Shown here piece after piece: positions 13,564 through 27,204 of a stretch of 64,000 nt of DNA. The stretch comes from Camelus dromedarius (taxonomy: Eukaryota), in assembly GCF_036321535.1 (NCBI RefSeq), contig NC_087437.1, positions 39,062,001 to 39,126,000 on the forward strand. The letters are read 5' to 3'. The position numbers were made by a program, and so were the translations under genes. Below the pieces are notes generated by a model. It worked only from the letters and a program-made list of their open reading frames with translations. It had not been told where the DNA came from and ran no database searches. Position 1 is the stretch's first letter, and each line of letters begins with the position of its first letter.

Positions 13564-13716
13564 TTCAACCAAATGACCGCAGACAGGTCATTTTACTGCC
13601 TTGTGCCTTGGTTCCCCATGTGTGCTTAGTTCATAGGGTTATCATGATGGTTTAAGTGATATTAAGCACCATTTATTTCTTGTGCCCACCATGTGTTAAG
13701 TCTAGACACTCTCCTT

Positions 13717-13870
13717 TTTCTTTAATTTTTAGAAATTGTCTTTATTTTTTTTTTACTTTTTTATTGAGTTACAGTCAGTTTACAATGTGTCAAATTCTAG
13801 TGTAGTGCACAATTTTTCAGTTATAGATGAACATACATATATTCATTGTCACATTTTTTTTTCACGGTGA
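13717..13870 (-). mobile_element. Short young L1 3' end inserted in a MIR
   Basis: T-rich tail then TTATTGAGTTACAGTCAGTTTACAATGTGTCAA; 14-bp TSD TAGA(C/T)ACTCTCCTT at 13703-13716 and 13871-13884; MIR core ATTATCTCTGTTTTATAGAGGAAGAAACTGAGGC follows. Confidence 0.9.
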
Positions 13871-14179
13871 TAGATACTCTCCTTATATTGGCAGTAACTG
13901 ACACAACACACAAAACTAAGTCAGGTATCATTATCTCTGTTTTATAGAGGAAGAAACTGAGGCTTGTGTAATCTATTTAAGGATTCAAAACAAGCAAATA
14001 GAGAAGAGCACATGCAATTTTGTATCTAACTGACTGCAAAGCCCTTTTCTCTTTCTCCTGTCTTTCCTTAGCTCACCCTATACAGGTGTTACCGCAACAT
14101 GGCAAGTAATAAAATCAGCACGTGTCTAGGATTTTCTCTGGGGAAGTAAATATTATGGTTAATGCTTGTGGCTTTTAAA

Positions 14180-15900
14180 AATTACACCCAGCCTCAGGAA
14201 AACATGTTCCTTCTCCCTTTCAAGATTCACCTTCCATGTCTCTTCTTGATCCCAGCATTTCCCGTCTCCTCTGGGACCGAGAACGAGTGCCAGAGTTTTT
14301 TCTCTCTTCTTTGCTTGCATTTTTCACACTGTCACTTTGCTGGCTTGTTCTCTGCTGCCTATAACTTGCTCAAGTCTTTTGAGTCTTACAGAACCATTCC
14401 TCAACACCATGACCCACCTAAGATACCACCTTATTTGACTCTTTCCCTTTCCGGGCCTTCTCTTTCTCTTTCCCATGGCTGCCTTTACTTCCTGAGCCTC
14501 TGTGTGCTCTTCAACATCCCTGAATTATGCTTCCACTCCTGATCACCAGATCTCATTGAACTTGATCTGTTTCTGGGATTTACACTCTGGACACTCCCTT
14601 CTACTTGAAACTCCCTGCTCTCGTAGTTTCTGGGACTTGTTTCTCTCCTAGTTATTCCCCTACTTTTCTGGCCATTCCTTGTCAGCCTCTTATGCCCATA
14701 CGGCGGAGATGGTGGTCCACAGGGCTTTGTGTTGGCCGTCGTTTCTCCTCACACTGCACGTTCTCTCACTGCTCTCCTTGTGTCCCAGCCTCTTGGATCT
14801 GAATCTCCGGCTGGATATCACTTGTGAGCTCCCCACCCATGTAGTGTCATCCTGCTACCTATTGAATATCTCCGGGGGGGTCCCCCAGGCTCCCCAGATT
14901 CATCTTGTCTGACAGTAGACTTACCCTTTCCCTTCCCCTGCACAGTGACTTCTCCCCTGGTGATTCTTTTCTTGATATTGACACCACCATCCAGGCAGTC
15001 ACCCAAGATAACACATGTACCAGGCGTAGTCCAAAACATGGTAGCCACTAAATAAATTGTAGTCTTTATTAATTTAATTCTCACATGATGCTACGAGATA
15101 AGTGCTATTATTATTGCCATTGTATACATGAGAAATTGAGTTACAAAGTGACTGAATGGCCTGCCCAGGGTCGCTCTTGCTTTCTGCATTTCTCTAACAA
15201 TGACCAATTAGTAAGCAAGCTTTTTTCATTCTACAGCATTTCCCCATCTCCTACTGTGTGTTCAGGTTCATTTCTCAGTGACCTGTGGTAATAACCTTCA
15301 GTGGCTATTTCTTCTGCAGTTAAGTACTGTGATATGATGTTTGGATGGAACTGCAAAAAATGGAAGCCACTGAAGGGTTTTAAGAAAAGTAGTATCACGA
15401 CCTGTACATTTTTTAGAACGGTCACTCACATTCTAACCTGACCATAGTGTAGGTGGATTTCTTCAGGTCAGAGTGAGTGATCTTTCTAAAAAATGTGTCT
15501 GTTCATGATGGTACCTTTCTTAAAACCCTTCAGTGGCTTCCAGTTTTTGCAGTTCCATCCAAACTTCGTATCCCAGCATGATGGGCCCTCCAGAGCGAGC
15601 CTATTCTTGCATCATCCCTCTCCATGCCCCTGCTGTAGAAGCCATGCTCAGACCACACAGATGAGGTAATTCTCAAATGCATCATGCTGTTTCACATTTC
15701 CAAGACTTCATTCACACTGCCTCCTCTATTCAAAATGCCCTTTTCTTTTTTTCCTTCCTGAGGGATTCCTACTCATCCTCTACGGCTGACATAAAATGGC
15801 AACTACCTTAGGAAGCATTTCTACCTGAAATCTCAAGGGCCTCTGAGCACTTTTTCCTCCCTGTTAACTGTGTATGTACATTTAGCCTAGTACTTTTAAC
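14180..15900 (+). mobile_element. Long degenerate L2, interrupted by a MIR (~15050-15170, minus strand) and an internal inverted duplication
   Basis: Pyrimidine-rich L2-like blocks such as CACCACCATCCAGGCAGTCACCCAAG and GAGTGATCTTTCTAAAA...AAAACCCTTCAGTGGCTTCC. Confidence 0.7.
15325..15578. repeat. Inverted repeat, ~115-bp arms with 21-nt spacer
   Basis: 15339-15387 is the reverse complement of 15516-15564 at 48/49 nt; complementarity extends inward to 15441/15463. Confidence 0.95.
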
Positions 15901-15919
15901 AGTTAAGTTGTCCTAAATT

Positions 15920-16105
15920 GGGTAGAGTGGTTCAGGGTTTGGACTCTGGGTTTGAACCCTTAGTCCAACTCTTGACAGCTTTGTGTTTCTGGCGAATTAC
16001 TCTTACTTTTATCTATATTTATAAAATGGGGATCAAATAGGGCTACTTAGGGCTGTTTAGAGCCTTGTCTTCGATAATCTCAGAAAGTGTTTGGTACATC
16101 AGATA
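15920..16105 (+). mobile_element. MIR SINE
   Basis: GTAGAGTGGTTCAGGGTTTGGACTCTGGGTTTGAACCC...ATAAAATGGGGAT. Confidence 0.65.
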
Positions 16106-16710
16106 CGTGATTTTCCTCCTCTCAACATTCTTATGGCTTCCCATCATATTTAGCATAAAATGTGAACTATTATTACCACTTGCTGTCTAAATATAACCAG
16201 TCTCATTTGAGAGAGAGAGACAGTTTGGAAAGTGAAGGATACCTGTACTTACCGTTGCCTTTACAACCCTGCAGGATCCAGCCATTGGCTCTCTTTCTGA
16301 TCTGATTTCTTACCACTCTTCCTTTGTTCCCTCCCTCCACCTTCATGTACATCCTTGCTCTTCCTTGACCATGGCATGTCGACTCCTGCCTCAAAGCCTT
16401 CCGCCTGCTATTTCCTCCACCTGGGTTGTTCTTCCCACTAATGTCCATATGGTTCCACACAAGCCATTGCTCAAAGGTCACTCAAGCAATTTAAAGTAGA
16501 ACCCACTTCACTTTATTTCCCTTTGACCTTTAATTTTCTTCATCACAATTATCATTTCTTGGCTTAATCATTTCTTGTTTTTGGCCTCTCATTCACTGCA
16601 ATGGAAAAGTCATGACTTTGTCAGGACTTTCTATTTATTGCCAAATCTTCAGATCTAGAATAATGGTTGACTTATAGTAGACACTTACAGTAGTTGGATG
16701 AATAAATGTG
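16105..16710 (+). mobile_element. L2 3' region
   Basis: ACTCCTGCCTCAAAGCCTT...TGCTCAAAGGTCAC...TAGAATAATGGTTGACTTATAGTAGACACTTACAGTAGTTGGATGAATAAATG. Confidence 0.7.
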
Positions 16711-18829
16711 TAAATTAGTGGATTGTGTTATTATTATTATTATATTTATTAGGTGGTTCCTGAAAGGCAGAGATCAGATCCTTTTTGACTTTATATACCA
16801 AGTTCATTGGTTTATAAACTCTGTTCCCTGAAGCCTTAAGGGTTTCTTCCAATGTTCTTCTGGGTCTGGGTGTCCTCGCTTTAGAGTTAGAGTAGCTCCA
16901 GTTTTGTGTGTTGTATATTTTGATCTGTAGTAGTGGTTTCACTGCTAAAAGACTTTTAAATCCACTGGCCTAGTGTAATTCTTAACACAGTCAAAAAGCC
17001 AGTCAATAAATATTTGCTGAATGAATAAATCAGATAGAGTGAAACTGCCAGAAATACTGTCTTCAACATATAGAGTAGTAGCTGACATATTCTTGAATAT
17101 CCTATCTATAGTAAAATATACCCAGTAGCATTAACCTATATTTGTTCATCCTTGCAAAGCTAATTTAGATTTGATTTTAAAAGTAACATTTAAAAGTGTT
17201 TTTCTAATACAGCCTAATGACTTTTCTGCTTTTGTGGCGTGACTTTTATTGTTTTCTTGATATTACTAAGTAGTCAGTGAATACCAGTGCTAGGTATGTT
17301 AATAGCACTAGTTTAATTACCCACCCTAAGATAATTACTCTATTATTAGCAAACTAAAAGGAAATGGTGATTCAACATTCTCTACACCTTACCAAAATAT
17401 TTCTTCCTAAAAATGTTCTACATCTTCAAAATATCTAGTAACATTTGATTTGGATGGGGTGAATTTTTTATTTGTGCTTAATGACTCTTTTGAAAAAAAT
17501 TACATAATTACATTTGACTGACAAATATATCTAATGCAAATAAACTCATTTGGTTTGATAGAATTAGTAATGGCCATAATGAAGTAAAATTTTAAGTTGA
17601 TTTTACCTATTTTGTTTTGTTTAATATAAAATGTAAATGGTTAATACAAATGTTATGGCCATAAAAGGGTCCAAGAAATCCCACATTTTTAATGCAGAAG
17701 GTATTTCTGGTATTTGTGACTGCAGTAACTCCTATTTTCCAGGATCTCTCTACCACAGTAATTTCCAAGAAAGCATTTTGATTCTCCCCAGGTCCCACCT
17801 TTTCCTCTTTCTGAGGAAGAAAGAAAAGACAAAGTGGTAGTGATGCCAAGGAGGATGTGAGATAGAAGCTGAGAATACACAGAAATCAGGACAAAGGTGA
17901 ATTGCATGGTCCTCATAAGGAAGGAGGAAGCTGATTTGGGCCATGGAACAGATGTGTGTGTTACCCAGAGCCAGCTTGCACTGGAAAGAGCTAGAGGGGT
18001 TGAAAGTCACGGGGAGGCAGTTACTCCCGGTTGGGGGAAAAACACTGCTATATTCCATGACTAATGCGAGCTGAAGAAAAATGTGTTGAAGTAACCCAGG
18101 TGGCTTCTTAATGAGCAATCTAGTTAGATTAGAGAGAGATCATGACTTGGAAAGCCATATTACCTAGTCCGATTGAAAAGTAGGAAAGGGGTGTGATCAG
18201 CACTGGAAATGCATTTGAATGACTTCATCCTGTTGACAGCAAATACGTTTGGGCAGCTTTAGATAATTGAATGGGTCCTAAAGGGAATGTTTCTTAATCT
18301 TGAAGTCTAGATCTCTCTCAGATCACAGTGATATTTTGAGCCACAGGAATTAAAAAATGCCATTTATTTTTCAGTTTAACCTGTGATTAGCCTTCTGACA
18401 AACGAAGCCTTAAATCTCTTCACTGACCCATGTCAGAAGCAAACACATATATACACATTTTCACATTCATACCCACTGTTAGAGGACTCCAGTGACAAGC
18501 CAGGCAATATTCTACACATTTTAATTAAGCATCAATAATAATGCTGAGAACGGCATTATGAAGTATAGGTATTTACGTTTGAAAAAAGACCTTACAGATG
18601 ATCTATTTCAACACCTTTGTTTTACAGATATGGAATCTGAGATACATAAAAGGTAACACATTCAAGGTCATACAACAAATTATTAGTAGGAGTCAGGTCT
18701 AGAATCAAGGTTTTTTTAGTGCTCTTAGTGCTTTTGGTGCTCTTTTAGTCTTTGATAGGACTATGGACAAGAGGTCTGGTTAGGGTATTCAATATTTAAT
18801 TAATTATCCATTCATTCAGATATTCATCT

Positions 18830-20170
18830 TATATATTGTGAAGTTAAGTCTCAATTTACACAAGACACTAAGAATCTTTATTTCACCTAATAAATGCACT
18901 TAAGTCTGTACATTTTCCTGTGAATATAATTTTGGTTGCATCCCATAATACTATCATTCTCTTTACTTTAAAATTGTTTATAATTTATTCATTATTATTT
19001 GGTTTCTTTTGAGTAAACAGCCCTGTTAGGGAAGCTTTTTTTAAAATAAATTCCTAGTTTTGTTGCATTGACCTTTAAGGTTAGGACTATTTTTTTACGT
19101 TTGGAATTATTTGTTATTTTTATAGCTAAATACGTAGTGAATTTTGGTAAATATTTTGTGCCTGTTATGTGTTTTGACTTCAGAAGAATGTGTATGTGTG
19201 TGTGTATGTGTATCTATGTCTGTGTGCATGTTTGATCACATTTGTTAGGTTATCACATAGTTTTTGTCCTTGATCAAATGGATGTGGGATAAAATCCCTG
19301 TCTTATGGATTTGCCAAATCCTTCTTGTATTCCTCATTTTGGTTGATATATTTCAAGACTATTTTATTTGGTGTATAAAGGTTAATGACATATATTTGGG
19401 GTGGATTATATAATCATCAAATATCCCTCTTTGTTCTTGAATTTAATTTTGATTAATATTACTATTTCTATTTATCCACTTTGTCCCGCTTTACACATTT
19501 GTTTGATGTGTATTTTCTATCCCTTTATTTCAAACTTTCTATGACTGTGTTTCACCTGTATCTTCTATAACTAGTACATAGCTGGATTTATTAATCTATT
19601 TCCTTTTGATTTGTAGTATCTTATTACTTTGTTTTTCAGTTGCTGTCTTTATTATTCCTGCTTGATTCCTCTATCTATTCCTGCTGTTTCTAAATTGGGT
19701 TTTCTTTATTTTGTATTTTCTTCTTTCTGATATTCATCCCATTTTTATTATTCATGATTACCCTTAAAACTTTAAACATGTACTTAAACCATTGGTGGTT
19801 TAGCATCTAATGTTAATTAATATTTATATATCCTCATTTTACTATAATTATATGTCATTTCACAAAAAAATTAATACTTTTTTATATGGTCTCTACTTTG
19901 TTACATAATACCTATAAAATTACCAAATATTTCCTACCATCTTTAGAATTAATGGCCTAGTTTATAATTCCTTTGTTTACCATCTTTTCTAATATTTCAC
20001 ATTTTTCTTTCTTGGATCTATTTTTCATTTATTGAAATGCATCCTCAAGTTATTCCTTTAAGTAGTATTTGATTGCCTTCAAGATCATGTTTATTTTCTC
20101 CTACTTCAGTGCTGACTTGGTGAGTTACAGCATTTCAAGCTTATAGTTATTTTCCCTCAGAATGCTAGAT
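18830..20170 (-). mobile_element. Old L1M (L1ME-like) fragment
   Basis: T-rich strand with TTTTGGTTGCATCCCATAA, GAAGAATGTGTAT, TATTTTCTATCCCTTTATTTCAAAC and AGTTATTTTCCCTCAG, typical of antisense ancient L1. Confidence 0.6.
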
Positions 20171-20678
20171 ACCTGCAAAGTCTTAAACCAACAGTATTGA
20201 AATCTAGGACTTAAATAGAGAAATTTAAGTCAGACTGTAATGGAGGATACTGGATGGAGTCTGAAAGGGCCGACAGGAGCACGGTGAAAAAAGCAAGATT
20301 GAATGTCACTATCATGTCAGTGGGAACTCAGGATCTGACTGCAGTCTCCCCGAAGAATTTGACTGGGTTGCCAAGTGCCAAGGACTCAAAAGAAGAGCCA
20401 GTTAGAGGGACCGACCATCTTGCAGGGGAACGTTGGAGAGGGAAGTCGGGCACCTGTGCTTATTGTACTTGGCCCAGAATAAGTTCTGTCTAGGTGCGCA
20501 TCAATCAGCAGGCTGTTTCCAGACGGCCCTTGTTAGTGGAAAGACCTGTCTGCAGGAGGCAAACATCATTACAGGGAAAAGACAGTATCAACCAAACTAA
20601 ATCGAAAATTATTCAAGGGGAAAAGCCAAAGTTTTCATAATCTGACTGTATGTGACATAAAATACTGGAATGCACAGA

Positions 20679-21091
20679 TGTATTAGTTCCTGAGCCTGTC
20701 ATAACAAATTACCATGAGCCTGGTGGCCTAAAAATCAGAAGTGTATTCTCTTACATTCCTGGAAGTCTGAAGTCTGATATTAAGGTGCTAGTAGGCCACA
20801 CCCCCTCTGCAGTCTCTGGGGAGAATCTTTCCTGGTCTCTTCCAGTTTCTGGTGGCTCTTGACATTTTTGTGGCTGCCGCACTCCAGTCTTCTGCCTGTG
20901 TTGTCTTCACATGGCTTTACTCTCTTCTCTGTTCACTCTTCTCTTCCTCTGTCTCGTAAGGACACTTGTCATTGGGTTTAGGGCTCACTTTGGCACCCTA
21001 GGATCATCTCAGCTCATCCTTTTTCCAAATCAGGTCACATTCACAGGTTCTGGGTGGACATGTGTTAGGGGAGATATTAAACTATGCTACA
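20679..21091 (-). mobile_element. MLT1B/C-type solo LTR
   Basis: TGTATTAGTTCC...ATAACAAATTACCA...AAGGACACTTGTCATTGGGTTTAGGGCTCAC...TTTCCAAATCAGGTCACATTCACAGGTTCTGGG. Confidence 0.85.
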
Positions 21092-21277
21092 TACAAATTC
21101 ACTACAACATACAAATTCATGTTTCAGTCTAAGTACCAGTACAAACCATGATGTATAAGTGAGAGAAGGTCTGAGGGCTTATTTACATGGTTGTAATGTG
21201 AATAATGGAGACTTGGCTTTGAAATGAATAAACATAAATTGCTCAGTATTTTGCAATTCATATTATGTCTCTAGGAC

Positions 21278-21410
21278 ATTGATTCTCAAAATGTAATATT
21301 CATATAAAAACACCTGGGGTTTCCTATTAAAAATTGAGATATTTTAGGCTTCATTGCTAGAGATTTGGATTTAATAAATCTGGCATGAGACCCAGGAATC
21401 TGCATGTGGA
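21278..21410. mobile_element. MER5-family fragment
   Basis: TGATTCTCAAAATGTAA...CACCTGGGG...GACCCAGGAATCTGCAT. Confidence 0.6.
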
Positions 21411-21446
21411 TAGACAGAGAGGGGGAAAAAAATATCTAAATTTTGC

Positions 21447-21592
21447 AGGGGCAGGACTTAATAGAATCTTGAGAGGACTCCTGTGAAAGAAAATAACACA
21501 AACTGACAAGTATAAAATTAAGTACAATGTCACAGTAAAAATTCCAGAAGCTGAAGCTTGAGTAGTAGCTTTTTGGCAAATCTGCCCCAGCC
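21447..21592. mobile_element. MER53-like hAT element
   Basis: Termini CAGGGGCAGGA and AAATCTGCCCCAG; internal CTGAAGCTTGAG. Confidence 0.5.
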
Positions 21593-24500
21593 GGTACCCT
21601 CAAGAATCTAGCATGTGATTGGTGGACCACTTGTATGTATCTTTTGTTGTTCATCATCTCTTGCTGGAATGCAGAGCTTTTCCAAATGAAGCTTCCCTTT
21701 ACCATGTTATCCTAAAGTCAGTTATTTAGAGGAGGCCCTTAATGTTATTAGAATTATGACTACATTAGGGGATGGATTGATCCCTGGCATTAAATTTTAA
21801 GACCTGTGAACTTCAAAAATTCCTCTGATACAGTCCTTGTTGCTACTATTAGTATTCCCTCTTTAGAGTTTCTATCCTGGAAGCACCTTTGGATAGAAAA
21901 AGGGGCGTGGGTTAGAATCCCAGGTACCCCTCTTTGAGACTCCTTATGCACGAAATGAATCCCTTACCAGATTACTCCAAGGATTAAATGAAGTAATATG
22001 AATGTCTGACACAGGGGCTGCACAGTTTCTTGGTAAATATTTCTTTCTTTACTTGAGGTTTTTTCTTTCCCCCCTTCTCACCTCTGCCCATGTTCTCTAA
22101 AGTAGCTTTGTCTCTAGCTTTACTGAAGAGCTCTTGAAGAAAGAGCTTACAAAGTTCACTCTAGAACTTTGCATTTTAGTTATTACCCATTCCACACATA
22201 AACAGACCAATGAAATTCTGTTACTTTGCCTATAAGATAGAAAATTTTGGTTCATTATACTAATGGGTAATATTTAACATTTGTGGGAGGGGTGGGGGGC
22301 TTTGTCTAGGTTAGGCTCAGCTGTCAGTGCTCCTCCATACACATTACTGTAGTCAGTTCCCATGGGAAACCTATAATGTAGACATGATATCTCCCATTTT
22401 TACGATGAAAAAACTGTTACAAAGGCTTACAAAGCTTTATGTAACTTGTCCAAAAAGTCAGATAATGAAGAAGTGGTAAAATAAAGATAACTACTCTGAC
22501 CTGAGCTGGGGTCGTTTCTGGGCTCCTGCTGTAATTTCAGGATAATATTCCATAGACCTGAATCAATTTTAGTCATAATAACCAATTTCTCCTACTTAAC
22601 TGCAAACTGTGTGCATTAGCAGTGAGTGGTAAAAGAGTGCTGTTTGCTCTCTTTTAAATACTGGTACAGAGATTGTAGTCGCAGGCACTTTCAGCCAGGA
22701 AGTTACTGAGAACACGGCTTTCAGTGATTGGGTAGAAATGCTTTTAATTTCCACCTTCTTTTGGCAGTTGTACTTTTTAAATAAAATTCTTTGCTGTACA
22801 TTTCAGTTTTACTAATGTGATTATGTGGTCGAACATCAAAAGGTTTCATTGCTTAATGACCAAGAACCAAGCATGTCAGGATGCAGGAGTTGGAAATGGC
22901 TTTAAATAAATCAATTTCAAGTGAATTAATCTTTGAAAACAGTGCTTGAGCGTTTTCCATATGAAAGTTATTTCCATTATGACTTCATAGAGCCATTCAA
23001 AATATCTTTTTGATGTTTATTGTCTTTATGGTACTGAGAGTGGCTGCATTGTGTTATAATAACATGGTTTATTTCTGCCTCTAAATTATCTACGGATGAG
23101 AGTGGATTTATATAGCTGTGTAGATTTGCCCAGTGTCTCTTCAGTATCCTCCCAGAATCACTCACACATCGCCTTTGGTCATATATGTATCTTTGTGGAA
23201 AAGACAGCAAGCACTGAATCACAGTGATGTGCCATTTACTCTGTAGTGCTTTATGTATTGTCACTACAGTTGTGTGTTCACAGGCAGCTTGGTGTACTTA
23301 AGATTTACTAGTCATTTGTTTGGTTCCAAGAAGTCATCAGCGATGATGCTGTTTATTAAAGTTGCTGAACAAATTATATTTTTTGTGCCTACAATTTCAG
23401 TGATTCAAGATGTACCAGCATCTTCCTTTTTGCCCTTCCTCCCTTCTTTTCTCCCCTCCCTTTTCATCTTTCCTTCATTTCTTTCTTGCTTTTTTTTTTT
23501 TTCTTTCCAAAAAGCAATATATCTTTTGTAATTTGTTGGGTAACTTCACTGAGAACCTGAAATCGTTTTTCTTAGAAATCCTTTTCCTTCCAATTTTTGC
23601 CTTTGCATTTATATTGTCTCTGTGGTCCAACTTAATATTTAAGTCTCAAAGCAATTCACACTTTTTGAGCATTTTCTTCATTGGTATTATTAAACTTAGA
23701 TTTTTATCTTTCCCTATCCAATCACTAAATTGATAAGATCAAAAGCTCAGTTATAGATATGAGATTTCTTTGAGAATAAGTTTTTTAAGTACTTAGTATA
23801 TATGGAAAAAAAAAAGCCAGGGTCTAAGAAAAAAAAGAAATCTTGCTAGAAAAACTTAATACTTCCCACAAACTAATAAAATAATTCTCTCAATTTCCAT
23901 TTTAAAAGAACACAGCTTCTGAATGTTTTAGGTAAACATTACAGAAACCACTTATTAAAATTATGCTTAAACATATTTTTTTGAGTAGTCTTAGGTGATT
24001 TTATTCAAGCCAGCTTCCTGGCATATACCTGGAACCATTAAGTATCCATGTTGTAATGTTAACTTGTGATATTTAAAAATTTTTTTCATTTACTTAGAGG
24101 GTTTCTTCTCTGTCTCCCCAAATGACAAATCTGTTGTTTATGATGTGAGTCAAAGTACAATTGTGCCATGATGATAGTGCTTTATATAGACCATGGGTGA
24201 TAACATTTGCCCTAGGCAGAATTGTCAAAGCCTATATAAGATTTGTAATTTGTGCTCATGACATACCACTTCTAATGCTGATAGTCCCAGATAAGTAAAT
24301 ACAGAATATGTAATAAATATCCTTTTATATCTTCTCCTCTGTTTATCCCTGCTTCCTTATATCTTCCCACCACAAACAGTCTTGAGTTAGAAATGAAAAT
24401 GCAGAAGTGATGAGCGCTTGAGGGTGGCTTTCAGGTGTAGACTTCTGGTACCTGTGAAGAACTCTGTCACATAATTCAGCCTTTTTTGAATTGCATAGGC

Positions 24501-25819
24501 TTTGAATCATCAAATTTGAAGGAATTTGGCAGTTATTCAGTCCTCCATCTGTCTCCAATAAAAGCCGCTCTTATTAAGTCATCCCAGTGAGATGGGAATC
24601 TATGCTTTCTTTTAGGCTTTGAGAGAAAATGATTCAATAATCTCCTTTATAACTTATTTCAGTGTTTAATAACTTGAACTGTCAAAAAAGATTTTTTCAT
24701 CATTAGCCTAAGTTCTTTTTGTTGTCATTTAAGCCCAAGAATCAGATGAACAGCCTCATAGAATTAATCTACGAATGCAACATCAAAGGACACAATAATT
24801 ACAATCCAGGCTGTTTTGCATCAGTCAAGCCATCCTAATTCTAAAAGTCCAGAACGGGGACTCTTATTTATAGTGATTAATTTTTAGTATTTAATACTCC
24901 TTATATTGATAAAGACAAAATATTGCTGGGTGGGCCTCTGAATATCTGTTAACTTACCTAAAGCCCTATTAAGAATGCTCTTTCTTAATGATGTCCATAT
25001 TGTTACCCTTTCTGTTTACTGTGGGTGAAATTGTGAGTCCCCAGTCTAGACTTATTTCCTCTGATCAGCTTCCTGAGCCCCTTGGTTCAGGTTTGCCTCA
25101 ATTCCATCTTAGTTCCACAACTCTAAGCCTATTCATTTTTCTTTCTTTCTATACTCATTGTTGTAGGCATTGGTCCCCCAACTTCTGTCATTACTGTTGT
25201 CATGCTGTTGGCTGTCCCTGCTGTCAGTCCTGGAGATCCTGTCCCTGATGCTCTCCTTCCTTGGTAACTTTTATTGCTGCTGCTCCAGTCATGCCACTTG
25301 GTTAGTAGGTGTCAGAAGCATGAACACTGCTGGGCCTGATCCTGGGACAAGAACCAGAACCAGAAATGAATACACCATCTAGATGTTTTGCTTATAGGTA
25401 TTGTCCAAAATAGGTTCTATTCTGTTTTCAAGAAAAACTAATGCTTATTAGAATTTACTCAAGAAGGAAAAGGCTTTATTTGTCTGATGTTTAAAGTTCA
25501 TCCCAGAGTATTCCACATTGATTGGAGTGGTTGAGACTCCATCAGGTGAGAGGAACCGAATTCAGATCTGTTCAGGCAGAAATGTAGACTGTGTTCGCCT
25601 AAGTAATCAAGTGCTGTGAAGGCAAAGGCACATCTGGTATGAGGAACATCAATATTGGAGAGACCAAGTGACACCAGAATTCTCTCCATCTCCCTTCTTT
25701 GATGGAGGGACCTCTTCTTTCAAGATAAGCTTTCAACATAGGACATCTGGTGCTTCACAATGCATAGCTTTTCCACTCATCGGGTACTAGAATTCTTCCC
25801 TTAGCTAAAGTGTAGACAA

Positions 25820-26300
25820 TTCTGACTTTAATGAGTGATTTTGATGATTTTAAGCAGGAATATATCTTGATGTGGTTTATATCTTAGAAGAATCACCTTG
25901 GCCACTCTGTTTGATCATGAATGAAGGAGCGTGGAGAAAAGAGAGAAGCCAATTAGGGAATCATTACAGTAGTTCAGGTGACAAATAATGGTGGCTTCGG
26001 GTAGGATGGTCAGTTTATAGATAATGAGAATGATTCAGCTGGGATATATTTTGGAGGATAACTAACAGGTCAGAATGATGGCTGGTAGTAAGATGTGAGG
26101 AATCAAAGAGAAATCAAAGGTTTCTCCTATGTTTTTGGCCTAAGAAATGAGATGGGTGGTGAGAAAGAAAGCCCTTGTGAGGAGCACTGATGGGGAACAG
26201 CACTTGAAGATCAGTGTGCTTAATAAATATTCAGGTGCAGTTTTAACTGGCCTCTGATTATCCAATTTTTGAGCTCAGATCAGAGGCAAGAATGGAGATA
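25820..26300 (-). mobile_element. L2 fragment
   Basis: TTTTAAGCAGGAATATATCTTGATG...TAGAAGAATCACCTTGGCCACTCTGT...AGTTCAGGTGACAAATAATGGTGGCTT. Confidence 0.7.
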
Positions 26301-27151
26301 TAATTATTGGAAAAGAGTTATGTGATTATCATTATATGAAAATAATGTTATTCTTTACCCAGAAAATCTAATAGAATCATCATGAAAATTCTTAGAATTG
26401 GAATAAAGGAATTTAAGAAAATGGCAAAGCAAAAATAATTGTAGTAATATTTTTCTGTAGCCTAGTAATAATCGATAACCATGAGAAGATATCAATCTAT
26501 TCTGAATTGCAGAAAAAAATCCAGAAATTACCCTAATATGCAATACATAATACCTTCCAGCAAATATCTGCAGATTTTTTTTCATAGATTCAATCAAATG
26601 GAGAAATACCATGTCTTTACATCTGAAGACAGACTATTATAAACATTTTATCCAATTTCAGTTGATACCCAGTTTTGCCTCTTAGCAGAACCAGAATGAA
26701 GCGGAACAACTGGTAAGAACAGCTTTATAAAATATAAGACCTCACCCCTCTGCCCGTAAATAACTGGACTCGTCGTTAACTCACATAAAACGAGTACTGT
26801 GCTTACTGTACCAACTGAACATTTTAGTGTGTGATTTTTGACTTTGTATTATAGAAACTATTCCAGTTAGATGGAAGAAGAAACTTGATCTTAATATGGG
26901 GCTTGGGTTCATGCAAGAAGGCTGGAATCACTGAGAAACTCAATTTGGGGAAAGAAGAATCACAAGTAAGCAAATAAATGGCTACGGGGAGATATTCAGG
27001 GCAATGCAGCAGACCGGAAGTGAGGAACAGAAATAAGACATGCTCCATGCTATGAGAGAATAAGAAGTTACCTCCGTGCCCCAGTTTCCCTTTCAGACCC
27101 TGATATGGACAGCCAAATTTGTGTTTCCTCTCCTCGTATTTCCTATCCTAG

Positions 27152-27204
27152 GTGTAGACCGCCCCCTGCTCCCACCTTAGGCAGAGTCAGGAATTCTGAT
27201 TGAG
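27152..27204 (+). other. Candidate 53-nt non-coding or poison exon
   Basis: Long pyrimidine tract TTTCCTCTCCTCGTATTTCCTATCCTAG|G and donor GAG|GTAAGA; stop codons in all three frames. Confidence 0.25.

Noticed and set aside
22284..22299. G-rich run as a G-quadruplex
   Set aside because: Only three separable G-tracts.
23240..23390. Small stem CTGTAGTG/CACTACAG and C/D-box-like words
   Set aside because: Only an 8-bp stem; box spacing too short for a snoRNA.
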